From: a virus
Taxonomy: Duplodnaviria; Caudoviricetes
Direction: 5' to 3' (one strand)
DNA length: 64,000 nucleotides
Virus record (IMG/VR): IMGVR_UViG_3300048896_000095
Coordinates: 3,832-67,831 of that record
The notes below the pieces were generated by a model. The model was not told where the DNA came from. It saw only the letters and a list, made by a program, of their open reading frames with translations, and ran no database searches. Positions 34,114 to 44,202 of this stretch are shown here, in pieces (the first letter of the stretch is position 1; each line of letters starts with the position of its first letter). The translations under genes and the position numbers were made by a program.

Positions 34114-36032
34114 TTGCTCACCTGCGAAGCCGCAGCAGCGGCGCCGCTCAGCGTGGTGGGTGACTGTCGCGGCTTCGTTTCGGCCGACGGATCTTCGCGC
34201 ACGTAGATGTAGTTGTGGAAGTCAGCGTCGATCTCGATCCCATCGTCCGCGGTGAACTTCAGATTGACGTGCCCGATCCGGAAGATGCTCGTCAGCCGCG
34301 CTTGCTCCTGGATCTCGGCAAGCCGCTGCGCTGCGGTGTCACTGAAACCCAAGCCCTTCAGGTACTCTTTGCGCTGCCCGATCGACAGCGCGCTCAGCCG
34401 CTGCAGCTCGCTGCTGATGCTGCTTACCGGCGGATCGTTGGCGAACGGATTGATGCTGGCGATCCCGTTGTCCGAATCGCTCTGCTCGATTCGGTTCGGC
34501 TTCGCCACCAAGATCTCCATCGGGTCGCCTGGCTGCAGATCGAGCAGGTCGGCCTCCACCAGCGACTCGAACGAATCCACTTCATCCGTAGAAATGGAGC
34601 CCTCGATCTCTTGCCGCCCGATCTCTTCGAACACGTTGTGGGCGATGCGCTCCAGCAGCTTCAGGTCGCTGACCCCGCGCACGTACTGCACCAGGATCGT
34701 TTCCTCCACCGCGCCCGTTGGCCCGACCACCACCTGCCGCGTCTTGCTCGGCTGCGGGCTTCCGCCTTGCCCGAGTAGACCGCTTGCCGGCTGCCCCGCG
34801 AACACCGGGTAGCGCGCCCAGAGCGTCCGCCCAAGCGCCGGGTTGGGTGAGCGCATTTCGATCGTCTCGCACTTCACGCCGCCGAGCCGACGGCTGAAGG
34901 AAAGCGTTTTCAGGTTCTTGCCCCACACCATCTTGCGGCGCCGTGACGGGTCCGCGAAGAGCGTACGAGGCTCCAGCAGGTACAACGTAAACCCACGCAT
35001 CACCGGGACGAGCGCGAGCTTCTGGCACACCTTCGTGATGTGGTCGTAAACGCTTTCGCGCTCGTCCCCTTTCTTCACGCGCGCGGGCCGGCGGAGCTTG
35101 CCGTTTTTGGTGCGTCCGTTGTTCGGCGGGATCGGGCCGTTCACCTCCGAGCTCGCTGCCGGCACGGGGCCGAGCGGCTCTTCCGTGATCTGGTTCAGCG
35201 GATCGTTCGGGTCGCGCGGCAAGCCGTACACCACCTGCATGCCGCGCGTCATGGGGAAGCGGTTCAGCAGCTCGCGCACGCCTTCCGCGATCGGCAGCTC
35301 CAGGTTGATCCCGTGCTCCGTTTCGAGCTGCTGATCGCGCATCAGGCAACTAACGTCGCGCCCGCTGATCGTGATGCTGTCGCCGTCGTCCGTGAATTCG
35401 ACGTTCCACTCGTCTGCGAAACCTACGAACCGGCTGCTGGAAGTAAACTGCAGCTCCTGCCCCGGCGTGCGGTTGATCACCGACAAGAGCGATCCGTCGC
35501 TCGCGCGCCGGCGCCCCTGCATGCCCGCCGCCCAGTCGTCTGCGCTCACGGCTCCGATCGTTGCGATCACCAGCGCCGAGCGCACCACGCGCGGGTCGAT
35601 CGGCACGTCGCGCCACTTCATCCGGATCTCTGCCGTCGTGCAGTCCTTCAGGTTGGACCGATTGATGTTGCACTCGTCCGGCATCAAATCGAGATCCAGC
35701 GTGCGGTTGTCGGGCGGCCGCTTCTCGAGACTCTCCGGCTTCTGCGCTGCGTCGCCGCCGTACGCCTTGCGCTGAATCCGTGTGCGCTCTGCGTCCAGCG
35801 CCGCCAGCTGCTTCTCGAGCTCGGGCTTCGGGATCGCCGTGCGCATCGCCTGCACGCCCTGCCGCGCCTGCTGATTCTTCGCCAGCGCATCCGCCGGCCC
35901 CGAGCTCGCGATCAGCGATGGCGACGTAAAGCCCTCGCCGTTCTCGAGCCCCGCGCGTAGGCGCTCCACGTCGTTCAGTTCATCAAGGCGCAGCTGAAGC
36001 CGCACCCGGCAGCTTGGGCGGAAGATGGCCAT
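34110..36032 (-). CDS. Baseplate hub (gpD/gp27-like)
   Basis: FVGFADEW..., ITISGRD, position after the LysM gene. Confidence 0.7.
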   Translation of the reverse strand: MAIFRPSCRVRLQLRLDELNDVERLRAGLENGEGFTSPSLIASSGPADALAKNQQARQGVQAMRTAIPKPELEKQLAALDAERTRIQRKAYGGDAAQKPESLEKRPPDNRTLDLDLMPDECNINRSNLKDCTTAEIRMKWRDVPIDPRVVRSALVIATIGAVSADDWAAGMQGRRRASDGSLLSVINRTPGQELQFTSSSRFVGFADEWNVEFTDDGDSITISGRDVSCLMRDQQLETEHGINLELPIAEGVRELLNRFPMTRGMQVVYGLPRDPNDPLNQITEEPLGPVPAASSEVNGPIPPNNGRTKNGKLRRPARVKKGDERESVYDHITKVCQKLALVPVMRGFTLYLLEPRTLFADPSRRRKMVWGKNLKTLSFSRRLGGVKCETIEMRSPNPALGRTLWARYPVFAGQPASGLLGQGGSPQPSKTRQVVVGPTGAVEETILVQYVRGVSDLKLLERIAHNVFEEIGRQEIEGSISTDEVDSFESLVEADLLDLQPGDPMEILVAKPNRIEQSDSDNGIASINPFANDPPVSSISSELQRLSALSIGQRKEYLKGLGFSDTAAQRLAEIQEQARLTSIFRIGHVNLKFTADDGIEIDADFHNYIYVREDPSAETKPRQSPTTLSGAAAAASQVSK

Positions 36033-37279
36033 CAGAAAGAGCCTGCGGCCCCCGACTGCTTACCGCCGCTCATTTCGAGCTGCCCGAGCGCGCCGAACGG
36101 TCGCCCCGGCGCGCGAAGCTGGAAACCGGGCGGCACCCGAACCGAAGTCAGCCCGTTGGCCACCGCCAGGAAATTGGCGAAGTCGGGCGAGCCGTACAGC
36201 TTTTCTGCCAGGCTGTAGAGGGTTTCCCCCTCGGCCACGGTCACCACCCGCAGGCCCTGCGGCTTTACCCGCTCTGCCACGCCCTGGTAGGCGCGCTGTG
36301 CGGCGAACGAAAGCGTGCCGAGGGACAGGGTCAGCGAGCGGCTCCAGGCCGCATAGGAGGCCTGGGAAGTCAGCGCCGAGCTCTGCGAACCCGCCACCGT
36401 GGGGCTGGTCGTGCTGGTCGCCAGGCCGAGCGCCAGCGCCTTGCCCATCACCGACTCGTTCCACCGGTCGGAAAGCTTCCGGGTGAGCTCCTGCACCTGC
36501 CGCACCAGCGACAGCACCGCCGCCCGGATCGCCCCCTCTACCTGCGCCGGCAGCGAGACCACAGCCTCCACCACGCGCAGCAGGTTCACCACCTCGCCCA
36601 GCTTGTCCCCGATGTCACGGATCGCGGAAACGATCACCGCGTTAAACGACTGCACCAGGCCCGGCGCCATCGTCACGATGTCCTCGATCGTGTTCAGCAG
36701 GTTCAGCAGGTCGTCAGGGCTTGGAACTTCGAACGCGGCCGCGCGCGATCCGACCAGCGAGTCATCACGGCTCTGCCACTCAAACTCCAGCTCCCACTTC
36801 ATGTCCACCGCGTTTTGCGGCTTCACGTCGAACCCAACCAAGAGCCCTACGCGCACGAACGAAAGCCACTGCACGCGCACGAGCTTGCCGGCGCGCGCCA
36901 AGTTTTCGAACACCGCGAGCGCCTGGTCCACCGAAGTCACGGCATCGAAATTATCGTTCACGCCGATCGAGCCCTTCAGAAAGCGCTCCTTCCACATCCC
37001 TTCAAACGTCGTGTTGTCGTCGTCGGGGTTCAGCACCTGCTGCGTCGCCACCGGGTTGCCGGGATAGGTCGTCTTCTTCGTTTTGAGCACGGCTTTGAAG
37101 CTCGGCTCCTGGTACGGCATCGCTCGATCTTTGAGCACCACCGTCACAGGATCGCTGCCTTCGATCTGCCGAATCTCAATCGAAGTCCCGGCGCGGCTGC
37201 TCGTGGAATTGAGCAGACCAAAAGCGTCGAGCGTCGTGTTGATGATGCTTTCGAAAGCTGCAGGCGCGCGGAGAACCAT
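36032..37279 (-). CDS. Tail tube initiator with C-terminal LysM domain
   Basis: VVTVAEGETLYSLAEKLYGSPDFANFLAVANGL...GFQLRAP. Confidence 0.8.
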   Translation of the reverse strand: MVLRAPAAFESIINTTLDAFGLLNSTSSRAGTSIEIRQIEGSDPVTVVLKDRAMPYQEPSFKAVLKTKKTTYPGNPVATQQVLNPDDDNTTFEGMWKERFLKGSIGVNDNFDAVTSVDQALAVFENLARAGKLVRVQWLSFVRVGLLVGFDVKPQNAVDMKWELEFEWQSRDDSLVGSRAAAFEVPSPDDLLNLLNTIEDIVTMAPGLVQSFNAVIVSAIRDIGDKLGEVVNLLRVVEAVVSLPAQVEGAIRAAVLSLVRQVQELTRKLSDRWNESVMGKALALGLATSTTSPTVAGSQSSALTSQASYAAWSRSLTLSLGTLSFAAQRAYQGVAERVKPQGLRVVTVAEGETLYSLAEKLYGSPDFANFLAVANGLTSVRVPPGFQLRAPGRPFGALGQLEMSGGKQSGAAGSF

Positions 37280-37285
37280 TTGGCG

Positions 37286-39394
37286 TTACCTCGTAAATGC
37301 CGGAGCGAACGCGCTGGTTAGCCGCGACTCCGCTTGTGTGGTCAAGTCATTCATCATCAGCTGCACCACGCGGTCCGGATCCTGATCGCCGAAGCTCTGC
37401 TTGATAGTCACGCGCGCGCCGCTCGCGTTCACGTTCGTAACACTGGACGGCTTGCGCGCATTCGGCGTCACGAAGTCAGACGGCGTGGTCGTCTTCTGCA
37501 GCATCGTGTAGTCAAGATTCTGGCCGGTGTACTCGGCGGTGTCTTTCTCCCAACCCTCGTTCGTCTTCAGCTTGAAGAACTTTGCAAGCGGATCGAGAAA
37601 CTTCGAAATGGCAACCGCGATCTCGCCCATCTTCCCGATCGCGTAGTCGAACGCCGGCGCCAGGTAGTAGTTGATGTTGTCGGCCCACATCGACACGTGA
37701 TCCATCACGCCCGCCATCGCCTCCTGCAGCTTGCTCAGCACCGGCATGAAGGTGGCTCCGATGCCCGCGGCGAACACTTCGATCTGCCCCCAGAGCCGCG
37801 CCACGCCCGTGCCCGCGTTCAGCGAAGCCTTCGCGAGCGTGGCGGTAGACTGCTCGGCTTCTTCCACCGTGGGCGCGAACGCCGCGTTGATCCGGCTCCA
37901 GTGCTCTGTGACCACCAGCGCCGCGCTAACGCTGTTGGCCAGCGTCGCCAGGCCGCCTAGTCCTTCGCCAGCGCCGCCACCACCACCGCCCCCGCCGCCG
38001 GGCGCGCCGGCGCCTTCCTCCCCCTTGCCCTGGTTCAGGTAGGCCTGCAGGAACAGCCCCGGCGCCGCGAACGGCATCAGCAGCGACGCCGCCGCCGCCG
38101 TCTTGTAGCCCATCCCACTGGCCCCCTTGCCGGCAGCGTAGCCAGCGACCGGGCCGAGCGATCCCGCCACGGCAGCCTCGCCACCGGATGCGAGCTTCGC
38201 AAAAGGCGAGCGCCAATCGCCAGACTTGCCGCCGGCCGGAGCTCCGCCGCCGCCGCCCATGGCTGCCGCGACACCGCCCCCACCAGCGCCGCCGGCGCCG
38301 AGCGCGCCCATGACGCGGTGCCCAAGATAGATCCCCGCCGCCATCTTCAGCATGGGCATGGCGTCGCTGATCCCCTTGGTGAGCCTTCCCCAATTGTTGG
38401 AAAGCTCGTCAGCCCAATGCGCAGCCGTCTGCATGGCGTTCCCCACCACCACCACGCCGCGCTCGAACTTGATCATGACCTGGTTCCAGTCGAGCCGGCC
38501 CAAGGTCGAATCCCACACGCGCACCATGCTGTCGCCAAGCCACTCGAACGAACGCCCGATCCGATCGCTGTGCTTGTCGAGCACGTCGTTCAAGCCGTCG
38601 ACCGTATGCGCCACAGCCTTCATGAGTGGCTGAAACGTCGTGCGCTTGAGCTCGTCCGTGAGCCCTTGAAACGTCGACATGACGCCAGCCCAGCTGTGCC
38701 CGAACGCCTCGCCCGAGCCGGCAAACTTCGCCAGCGCCGCGCTCAGTTTCTCGACGCGCTGCGCACCGGTCAGGCTCTTGTTCCACTGCTCGGTGCTCTC
38801 TGCGATTGCCCCCGTGCTCTTCAGCAGCGAGAACATTTTTACGTCAACGCCAGCGGCGCCGCGCATCATCATGTTGATGTCACGAGACGCCTGCTGGAAG
38901 TCGACACCGAGCGCAGCAGCTGCCAGGGTCGTGTCGTTCGTGAGGCTGTAAACCTTCTCGAGCGGCGCACCTGCAGCGCGCACGGGGCCCACGATCCCGT
39001 TGAAGATGCCGAACATGTCCTGCGCCGAGCCCGGCGACGTGATGGACATTTTCTTGATCTTCTCAAAAGCCACGTTCGCCATTTTCGTGGCGCGTTCCCA
39101 CGGAACGTTTTCCACGGCGGACATGATCGAGCTCAGCCCGATCTTCGTTGCTTCGAGTGCGCTCGTGTACTTGATCGCCGAGCTCGTCAGCCGGCTGAAG
39201 ATCCCAAACGCGGTGTTGAAGCTGGCGTACGTGCCGCCGATCGCGAGCAGCTTCGAGAAGAGCGAATCGGCCGCGCTCTGCGCCGTGCCGATCGAGCGTT
39301 CAAGCTTCTGGGCGCTGCCTGAAGCGCGCCCGAAAGCCTGGCTCATTCCCTTGTCGTTGCCGATTAGGTCGGCTCGGATCTCATGATTCGGCAT
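37286..39394 (-). CDS. Tape measure protein
   Basis: About 700 aa, Ala/Gly-rich helical, directly after the tail chaperones. Confidence 0.85.
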   Translation of the reverse strand: MPNHEIRADLIGNDKGMSQAFGRASGSAQKLERSIGTAQSAADSLFSKLLAIGGTYASFNTAFGIFSRLTSSAIKYTSALEATKIGLSSIMSAVENVPWERATKMANVAFEKIKKMSITSPGSAQDMFGIFNGIVGPVRAAGAPLEKVYSLTNDTTLAAAALGVDFQQASRDINMMMRGAAGVDVKMFSLLKSTGAIAESTEQWNKSLTGAQRVEKLSAALAKFAGSGEAFGHSWAGVMSTFQGLTDELKRTTFQPLMKAVAHTVDGLNDVLDKHSDRIGRSFEWLGDSMVRVWDSTLGRLDWNQVMIKFERGVVVVGNAMQTAAHWADELSNNWGRLTKGISDAMPMLKMAAGIYLGHRVMGALGAGGAGGGGVAAAMGGGGGAPAGGKSGDWRSPFAKLASGGEAAVAGSLGPVAGYAAGKGASGMGYKTAAAASLLMPFAAPGLFLQAYLNQGKGEEGAGAPGGGGGGGGGAGEGLGGLATLANSVSAALVVTEHWSRINAAFAPTVEEAEQSTATLAKASLNAGTGVARLWGQIEVFAAGIGATFMPVLSKLQEAMAGVMDHVSMWADNINYYLAPAFDYAIGKMGEIAVAISKFLDPLAKFFKLKTNEGWEKDTAEYTGQNLDYTMLQKTTTPSDFVTPNARKPSSVTNVNASGARVTIKQSFGDQDPDRVVQLMMNDLTTQAESRLTSAFAPAFTR

Positions 39395-39409
39395 CGCCAA
39401 AGCAGTCTA

Positions 39410-39640
39410 TCAGCTGCGCGAGCTCTTGTTTTCCTCCCGCACGATCTCAGCCACTGCCTCGATAAAGTCCTGCAAAACAAGCTGATCCAGGCCCATTGCC
39501 TCGGTCAGCGTCGCGCCGCCGTAGCGTGTTGCGTACGCCACGCGGCGCATAACCTTGTCGACGCCTTGCTGAATGCCAGCCTTTCGCCACGTGATCCCCT
39601 TGGCGATCATCATCGCCAGGGGGAACGGGCAAAGGCCCAT
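39410..39640 (-). CDS. Downstream (gpT-like) part of the frameshifted tail assembly chaperone
   Basis: In frame with the -1 product of the slippery site at 39667-39673. Confidence 0.7.
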   Translation of the reverse strand: MGLCPFPLAMMIAKGITWRKAGIQQGVDKVMRRVAYATRYGGATLTEAMGLDQLVLQDFIEAVAEIVREENKSSRS

Positions 39641-40260
39641 CAGTCCTCGGACCTCGTGCTCAAGAATTTTCCCATGGCGCCTTCACTGGCTGCCCCCAAA
39701 CCGTTGAAGCCTGCCAGACAGATCTGGCGCCCAACGGAGCCAAGGCATTCCCAATAAAAGTCCCGCTGGTTCTCGCTCAGCACCTTGCCGTTGATGGCGT
39801 ACAGCGAATAGCGGCACATCACGAACGGCGCCATGGTGCCATCCTTGATCCCGCGCAGCGCCTCGATCTCTTGCGCGCTGCTCAAGCTGCGGAGCGTGAC
39901 GTTGAACGTGATGTAGTTGCCTTCCTCGTCAACGAACATGTCCGGTTCGCAGTCGACACCATCAATGTCGAAGCTCAGCTTTCGGCGCTTCACGATCTCG
40001 GTAGCGCTCAGCGCAGCCTGACCTTTCGGCAAGTGGCGCGCCTGCAGCCGGTCAACCAGATCGGCGCCCTTGTAGTCGGGCGAGCTGATGAACTTCGGCT
40101 CCTGCGCCGGCGGTGATTCGGTTGCCTCGCCTTCAGTCGGCGGCACTTCACCGGCCGTGATCTCTCCCGGGCTGATCGTCACTCTGTCGAGCGCCGGCGT
40201 AGCTTCGGGTTGCGGTTGCTCAGCGGCTGCACGTGCAGCCCTTCCAGTCTTCTCGGTCAT
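39640..40260 (-). CDS. Tail assembly chaperone (gpG-like)
   Basis: Between tube and tape measure genes; ATG 40260 with GGAAAGGA SD. Confidence 0.8.
   Translation of the reverse strand: MTEKTGRAARAAAEQPQPEATPALDRVTISPGEITAGEVPPTEGEATESPPAQEPKFISSPDYKGADLVDRLQARHLPKGQAALSATEIVKRRKLSFDIDGVDCEPDMFVDEEGNYITFNVTLRSLSSAQEIEALRGIKDGTMAPFVMCRYSLYAINGKVLSENQRDFYWECLGSVGRQICLAGFNGLGAASEGAMGKFLSTRSED
39667..39673 (-). other. Programmed -1 frameshift slippery site G GGA AAA
   Basis: ATG GGA AAA TTC in the 0 frame; the -1 frame reads GKILEHEVRGLMGLCPF with no stop into 39410..39640. Confidence 0.8.
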
Positions 40261-40374
40261 GTTGGGGTTCCTTTCCAAACGAACACCCAAAGCCCGGACA
40301 CGAGGCGGAAAGCGCGCGGAGGAAGCTGCAACACCCCAACGAGCGGTTTTCTCGTGCCCGGGCCGTGGTCCTTT

Positions 40375-40812
40375 TTAGAACACGCGGCGGAGCGTGCTGC
40401 ACTTCCAAGACAGCGTCGCCGCCACGTATTCGGCCTGACCCGGTGAGCGGGTCGGCATCGCACCAAAGAAAATGTCTTCGAACGTGAGGCGCACGCGGCC
40501 GCCGCTCGGAAGGTCGAACGCAGCCGTGGCCGTGAACTGGCCGGCTGCAGCAGTGCGCCGCGTAGCGCGGTCCTCGACGCGCTGTTGAAAGCGCATCCAG
40601 TCCTCGAAGTTTTCGAAGTGGCCTTCGATCTGCCCGCTGTAGCCGTTGAAGTGATCGTCGTACCGCTTACCGACCTCGCCCAAGTACATCTCTTCGAGGA
40701 TCTCGATATCGACCTCGAATTCGAAGTTGTTGACGAGGATCGGGTTCGGCTGGTCGCCGTCCGGGTTCGTGAAGCCCGTCTTTACTTCTTGGCCCTTAAG
40801 TCTCTGACCCAT
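40375..40812 (-). CDS. Tail tube protein
   Basis: 145 aa directly after the sheath; beta-rich (NFEFEVDIE...YSGQIEGH...LTFEDIFFG). Confidence 0.8.
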   Translation of the reverse strand: MGQRLKGQEVKTGFTNPDGDQPNPILVNNFEFEVDIEILEEMYLGEVGKRYDDHFNGYSGQIEGHFENFEDWMRFQQRVEDRATRRTAAAGQFTATAAFDLPSGGRVRLTFEDIFFGAMPTRSPGQAEYVAATLSWKCSTLRRVF

Positions 40813-40846
40813 TGGTTTCTCTTTCTTCCTTCAGACGGACGGGGCT

Positions 40847-43036
40847 TCAGCTAGAGCTGATCACGGCGTTCTCGCCGATGTTCGTTTGCACCACGATATC
40901 CTCCATGCTCGGAAGCGTGCGGACCGCGGTCAGCAAGTAGTACACGCCGAGCGCCAGCACATCGGCGGTGTTGCCGGCGTTCACGCTGTCGTCGACCGTA
41001 AAGCCTTCGATGCGCGCAGCGGCGGGGTTCTTGGCGCTCTGCAGGCCGCCCAAGAATTGCTCCCAAATGCCGCGCACCTTGTCCCGGCGCGCCTGGCTGT
41101 TCAGCTTCTTCACGAACGGGTTGAAGAGATCTGCTGCGGTGTCCTGGATGAAGTCGGCCATCTTCCGGCGCGCCATCGTGCGCCGCCCGCTCTCGAGCGA
41201 GCTCGTGTCGCCGCTCTGGAACACCATCCCCGATTGACGGTCACGGCGCGGCACTGCGATCCCGTTGCGCTTATACGCCTTGTAAGAATCGATCGAAAGC
41301 GTCTCGCCGGACGTGTCGACCTCGAAGAAGTCCTCGATCAGGCCCGTGCTCTGGCCCGGGTTCTCTTCGGGCGGCAGCGTCGCGCAGATCGAAGTCAGCG
41401 GCCCATCCGGGCGCACCGTGATCACACCGTCCGCGCTGAAGCCGTCGCCGCCATCGGTTCCACGCTCCTGGATCTGAGGGATGGTCACCTTCAGGCCCTT
41501 GCTCGTGTAAAACACGCGGTCGCCGCGGAACTTCGCGACGTTCACCAGCGCATCGTTCACCGTGGTGCCGAGCGGATCACCGGTCACGAACTTGCGCGCC
41601 AGCAGGCCCTGCTCGGTCGCGGCGTAGGCATTCGAGCGCCCCGCCATCACCACCGCATCCGTGCGGCGCGCGATCAGCAGGTAGTTTGCCTCGCGTGCTG
41701 CACCAGACTGATCGAGCGTGGCGTCCAAGGCGGCTTGGTACTTCGCATCGATCGCGTTTTCACTCAGCGCGGCAGCGAGCGCCGCCGGGTTGGTCACCTT
41801 CAGCATGCCGAAGGCCGGGTCCACGATCGTCACCACCGTGCCCGCCGTCGTGCCCACCGCCGTGCCGTTGTCCGTGGCCGGGCGCACCTTCACCACGTAC
41901 GGGCCGAGCACGCCGGCCGGAACGTCCAGGGTCTGCATGGTCACCCACTCGAGCCCGCCCACCGTGCGCACGCGAGTGCCGGCCGCGATCGTGCCGCCCT
42001 CATGATCGGTCAGCGCCGTGGTCACGCCGAGCGAAGTTACGCCGGCGGCAATCGCCATCGCTCCGGAGGCAATCGCGATTGTCGCGGCCGCCACCGAAGT
42101 GGAGTTGTAGAAACGCACCTGCCCATCGGGGCCCGTGCTGGCCTTCAGGTTGACCGCGCCCAAGCCGGCCACGCCGTTGATAAACGCCACCAGCTGCGCC
42201 GCCGTCACGGCGTTCAGGTTGGGGAACGTGCCGGTCCCGCTCGTCACGCCAGCGGTGTGCCCGAGCTTCGTCAAGAGGCCCGTCGTCACCTCGATCAGCT
42301 CCACGGTCCCGCCCGAACCAACCTGCAGGCCGCGCAGGTCGATCTCGGTCGTGTTCAGGATTGCGCACGTGAAGCCCAGCGTGGCGTTGATGCGCGCGAT
42401 CTGCGCCGCCGCCGTGATGTCAGCCGCGCCGAACGTCACGTTGATCTGCGGGCCGCCGTCGATCTTAATCCCGAACGTCTCGCCCGAAGTTACGGTCGTG
42501 AAGACGCCTGAAGCGCCCGCCGACGTTGCGACGGTACCGGTCAGTGCAGTGCTGCTAGCGGCGCCGGTGTTCGTGGTGAACGCGATCGTCTGCGCTGCAG
42601 CGAACACGAACGGCCCGACACCGCCGTCGATGAACGCGAGCGGATCGAAAGAGACCGAGCCCACGCTGGTGTCGACGCGCGCGCACATCAAACGCGACGC
42701 CTTCAGCTTGAACGTTTTGAGAAAGCCGTTTCCGTTCCACGCTTCGCCGATGTGTCGCCGCGCGCATGGGTTGTTGGCCACGACGCCGGCGTACGTGAAG
42801 CCGAACGATCCGAACTTCTGTGCGTAGTCCTGCGAGCCGAACACCTCGACAGCGCCTTTGGCCTCGGGTTCGGTCGCAAAGAATCCGTCTTCGAATTCTC
42901 CCACGACCAGCACCGCACCGGTGCCCGCCCCCGTCGCCGGCTCGGGCGGCGCCAAGTCGATGATGACCACGCCCTCGATCTCTTTGATGACGGCGATCGT
43001 GGGCACGAACGTGAAGCGACGAACGAAACCAGCCAT
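40847..43036 (-). CDS. Contractile tail sheath protein
   Basis: 729 aa; C-terminal MARRKMADFIQD...NTADVLALGVYYLLTAVRTLPSMEDIVV is typical of sheath ends. Confidence 0.9.
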   Translation of the reverse strand: MAGFVRRFTFVPTIAVIKEIEGVVIIDLAPPEPATGAGTGAVLVVGEFEDGFFATEPEAKGAVEVFGSQDYAQKFGSFGFTYAGVVANNPCARRHIGEAWNGNGFLKTFKLKASRLMCARVDTSVGSVSFDPLAFIDGGVGPFVFAAAQTIAFTTNTGAASSTALTGTVATSAGASGVFTTVTSGETFGIKIDGGPQINVTFGAADITAAAQIARINATLGFTCAILNTTEIDLRGLQVGSGGTVELIEVTTGLLTKLGHTAGVTSGTGTFPNLNAVTAAQLVAFINGVAGLGAVNLKASTGPDGQVRFYNSTSVAAATIAIASGAMAIAAGVTSLGVTTALTDHEGGTIAAGTRVRTVGGLEWVTMQTLDVPAGVLGPYVVKVRPATDNGTAVGTTAGTVVTIVDPAFGMLKVTNPAALAAALSENAIDAKYQAALDATLDQSGAAREANYLLIARRTDAVVMAGRSNAYAATEQGLLARKFVTGDPLGTTVNDALVNVAKFRGDRVFYTSKGLKVTIPQIQERGTDGGDGFSADGVITVRPDGPLTSICATLPPEENPGQSTGLIEDFFEVDTSGETLSIDSYKAYKRNGIAVPRRDRQSGMVFQSGDTSSLESGRRTMARRKMADFIQDTAADLFNPFVKKLNSQARRDKVRGIWEQFLGGLQSAKNPAAARIEGFTVDDSVNAGNTADVLALGVYYLLTAVRTLPSMEDIVVQTNIGENAVISSS

Positions 43037-43069
43037 GCTCAGAACGCTATCACGCAGGCCGGGGGCCTA

Positions 43070-43735
43070 CTAGTCCTTGGGATCGAGCACGTCGGTAAAG
43101 CCCACGGGACGGCGCAAAGCCCGCACCGCTCGCAAATGCACCACGTCCAGCTCGGTCCGTACCTTCACCAGCAGGCGCCGCTCGCCCGAATAGACGGCTT
43201 CCTCGGTGTCGCCGAACCGCTCCGGATCGCCCATCAGCGTGGCGCGCACCGGCAGACACCAGTACGTCGCCGGGCCGCGCAGCATCACGCCGGCGGCATC
43301 CTCCCGCGGGTTGAACAGCGCCGGCAGCGCCGCCGCGATTGCCTCCTGCGTGGGTTCATCGTTCACGAAAAAGTCCACCTGCAGATCCGCCACGAGCTCG
43401 GCCGTCTTCCACAGCACGCTGTTCGGTGCGTACCGGTTCCAAGTGTCCTCGAGCGGTGTTGGGCTCAAGTTGTGCGCCTGCTGGTCGCTCGTCGGCACCG
43501 TCACCGATGCGATCGGGTAATCCAGATCTCCGTTGCGAGGAAAACGGAAGCGCACGTCGTTCAAGTTGAATCGCGTAGCTTTGCCATCGTCGCCAGCGCT
43601 GATCGTGAACGTCACGCGCTTCAAAAACTCGGCGACGGTTTGCTTCGCCGCGCTTTGCGGATCAGTGCCCGGCACACGCATCAGCGGGTACTGCTGCGCC
43701 TTTGGATTCTCGATCACGTCGCCGGTGCGCATCAC
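43070..43735 (-). CDS. Tail terminator/completion protein
   Basis: Position before the sheath; YPIASV, LQVDFFV. Confidence 0.6.
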   Translation of the reverse strand: MMRTGDVIENPKAQQYPLMRVPGTDPQSAAKQTVAEFLKRVTFTISAGDDGKATRFNLNDVRFRFPRNGDLDYPIASVTVPTSDQQAHNLSPTPLEDTWNRYAPNSVLWKTAELVADLQVDFFVNDEPTQEAIAAALPALFNPREDAAGVMLRGPATYWCLPVRATLMGDPERFGDTEEAVYSGERRLLVKVRTELDVVHLRAVRALRRPVGFTDVLDPKD

Positions 43736-44202
43736 TTTAGCTCCTGCAATTCGCGCCCGACCTCAGCTTCAATGATCGCGTCCATGCGCGCCATCGCCTT
43801 CTCGAAGAAGTGGCGAGGCTCGATCCCTTCCTCGGCAATCTTCTTGGCGACGTTGCGCGCGATCTTGTGCGCCTCGTTTTCGGTCACACCGAACTTGCGC
43901 ATCGCCCAAACCACGAGCGGGCCGATCGGCGGATAGAACGGGCGCGTGCCGTTGTTGATCGGCGCGGCGTGCGGCGCATCCACCACGATCGCCGCGCCGT
44001 ATTCGGTGTTCTCGGCGCGCGCGCTCTGCCGCAGGCTGCCCGTGTTGACCGCGGGGTACGGCTCGGCCTTGTCGATTTCTTCGACCACCACACCCACCCC
44101 GCGCTGCGCCGCCGAGCGCAGGCCGCGCACCACCGCCGCCTTCAGCTTGGGCGGCTGCGAATCCAGGTATTTCTGGAACTGAGCGAGAGTCATTTGCGCC
44201 AT
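43732..44202 (-). CDS. Neck/tail completion protein (HK97 gp10-like)
   Basis: VNTGSLRQS, APHAAPINNGTRP, GIEPRHFFEKA. Confidence 0.8.
   Translation of the reverse strand: MAQMTLAQFQKYLDSQPPKLKAAVVRGLRSAAQRGVGVVVEEIDKAEPYPAVNTGSLRQSARAENTEYGAAIVVDAPHAAPINNGTRPFYPPIGPLVVWAMRKFGVTENEAHKIARNVAKKIAEEGIEPRHFFEKAMARMDAIIEAEVGRELQELK

Noticed and set aside
799-37279. Diversity-generating retroelement or invertible tail-fibre cassette
   Set aside because: No reverse transcriptase, invertase or TR/VR repeat pair was seen in the window.
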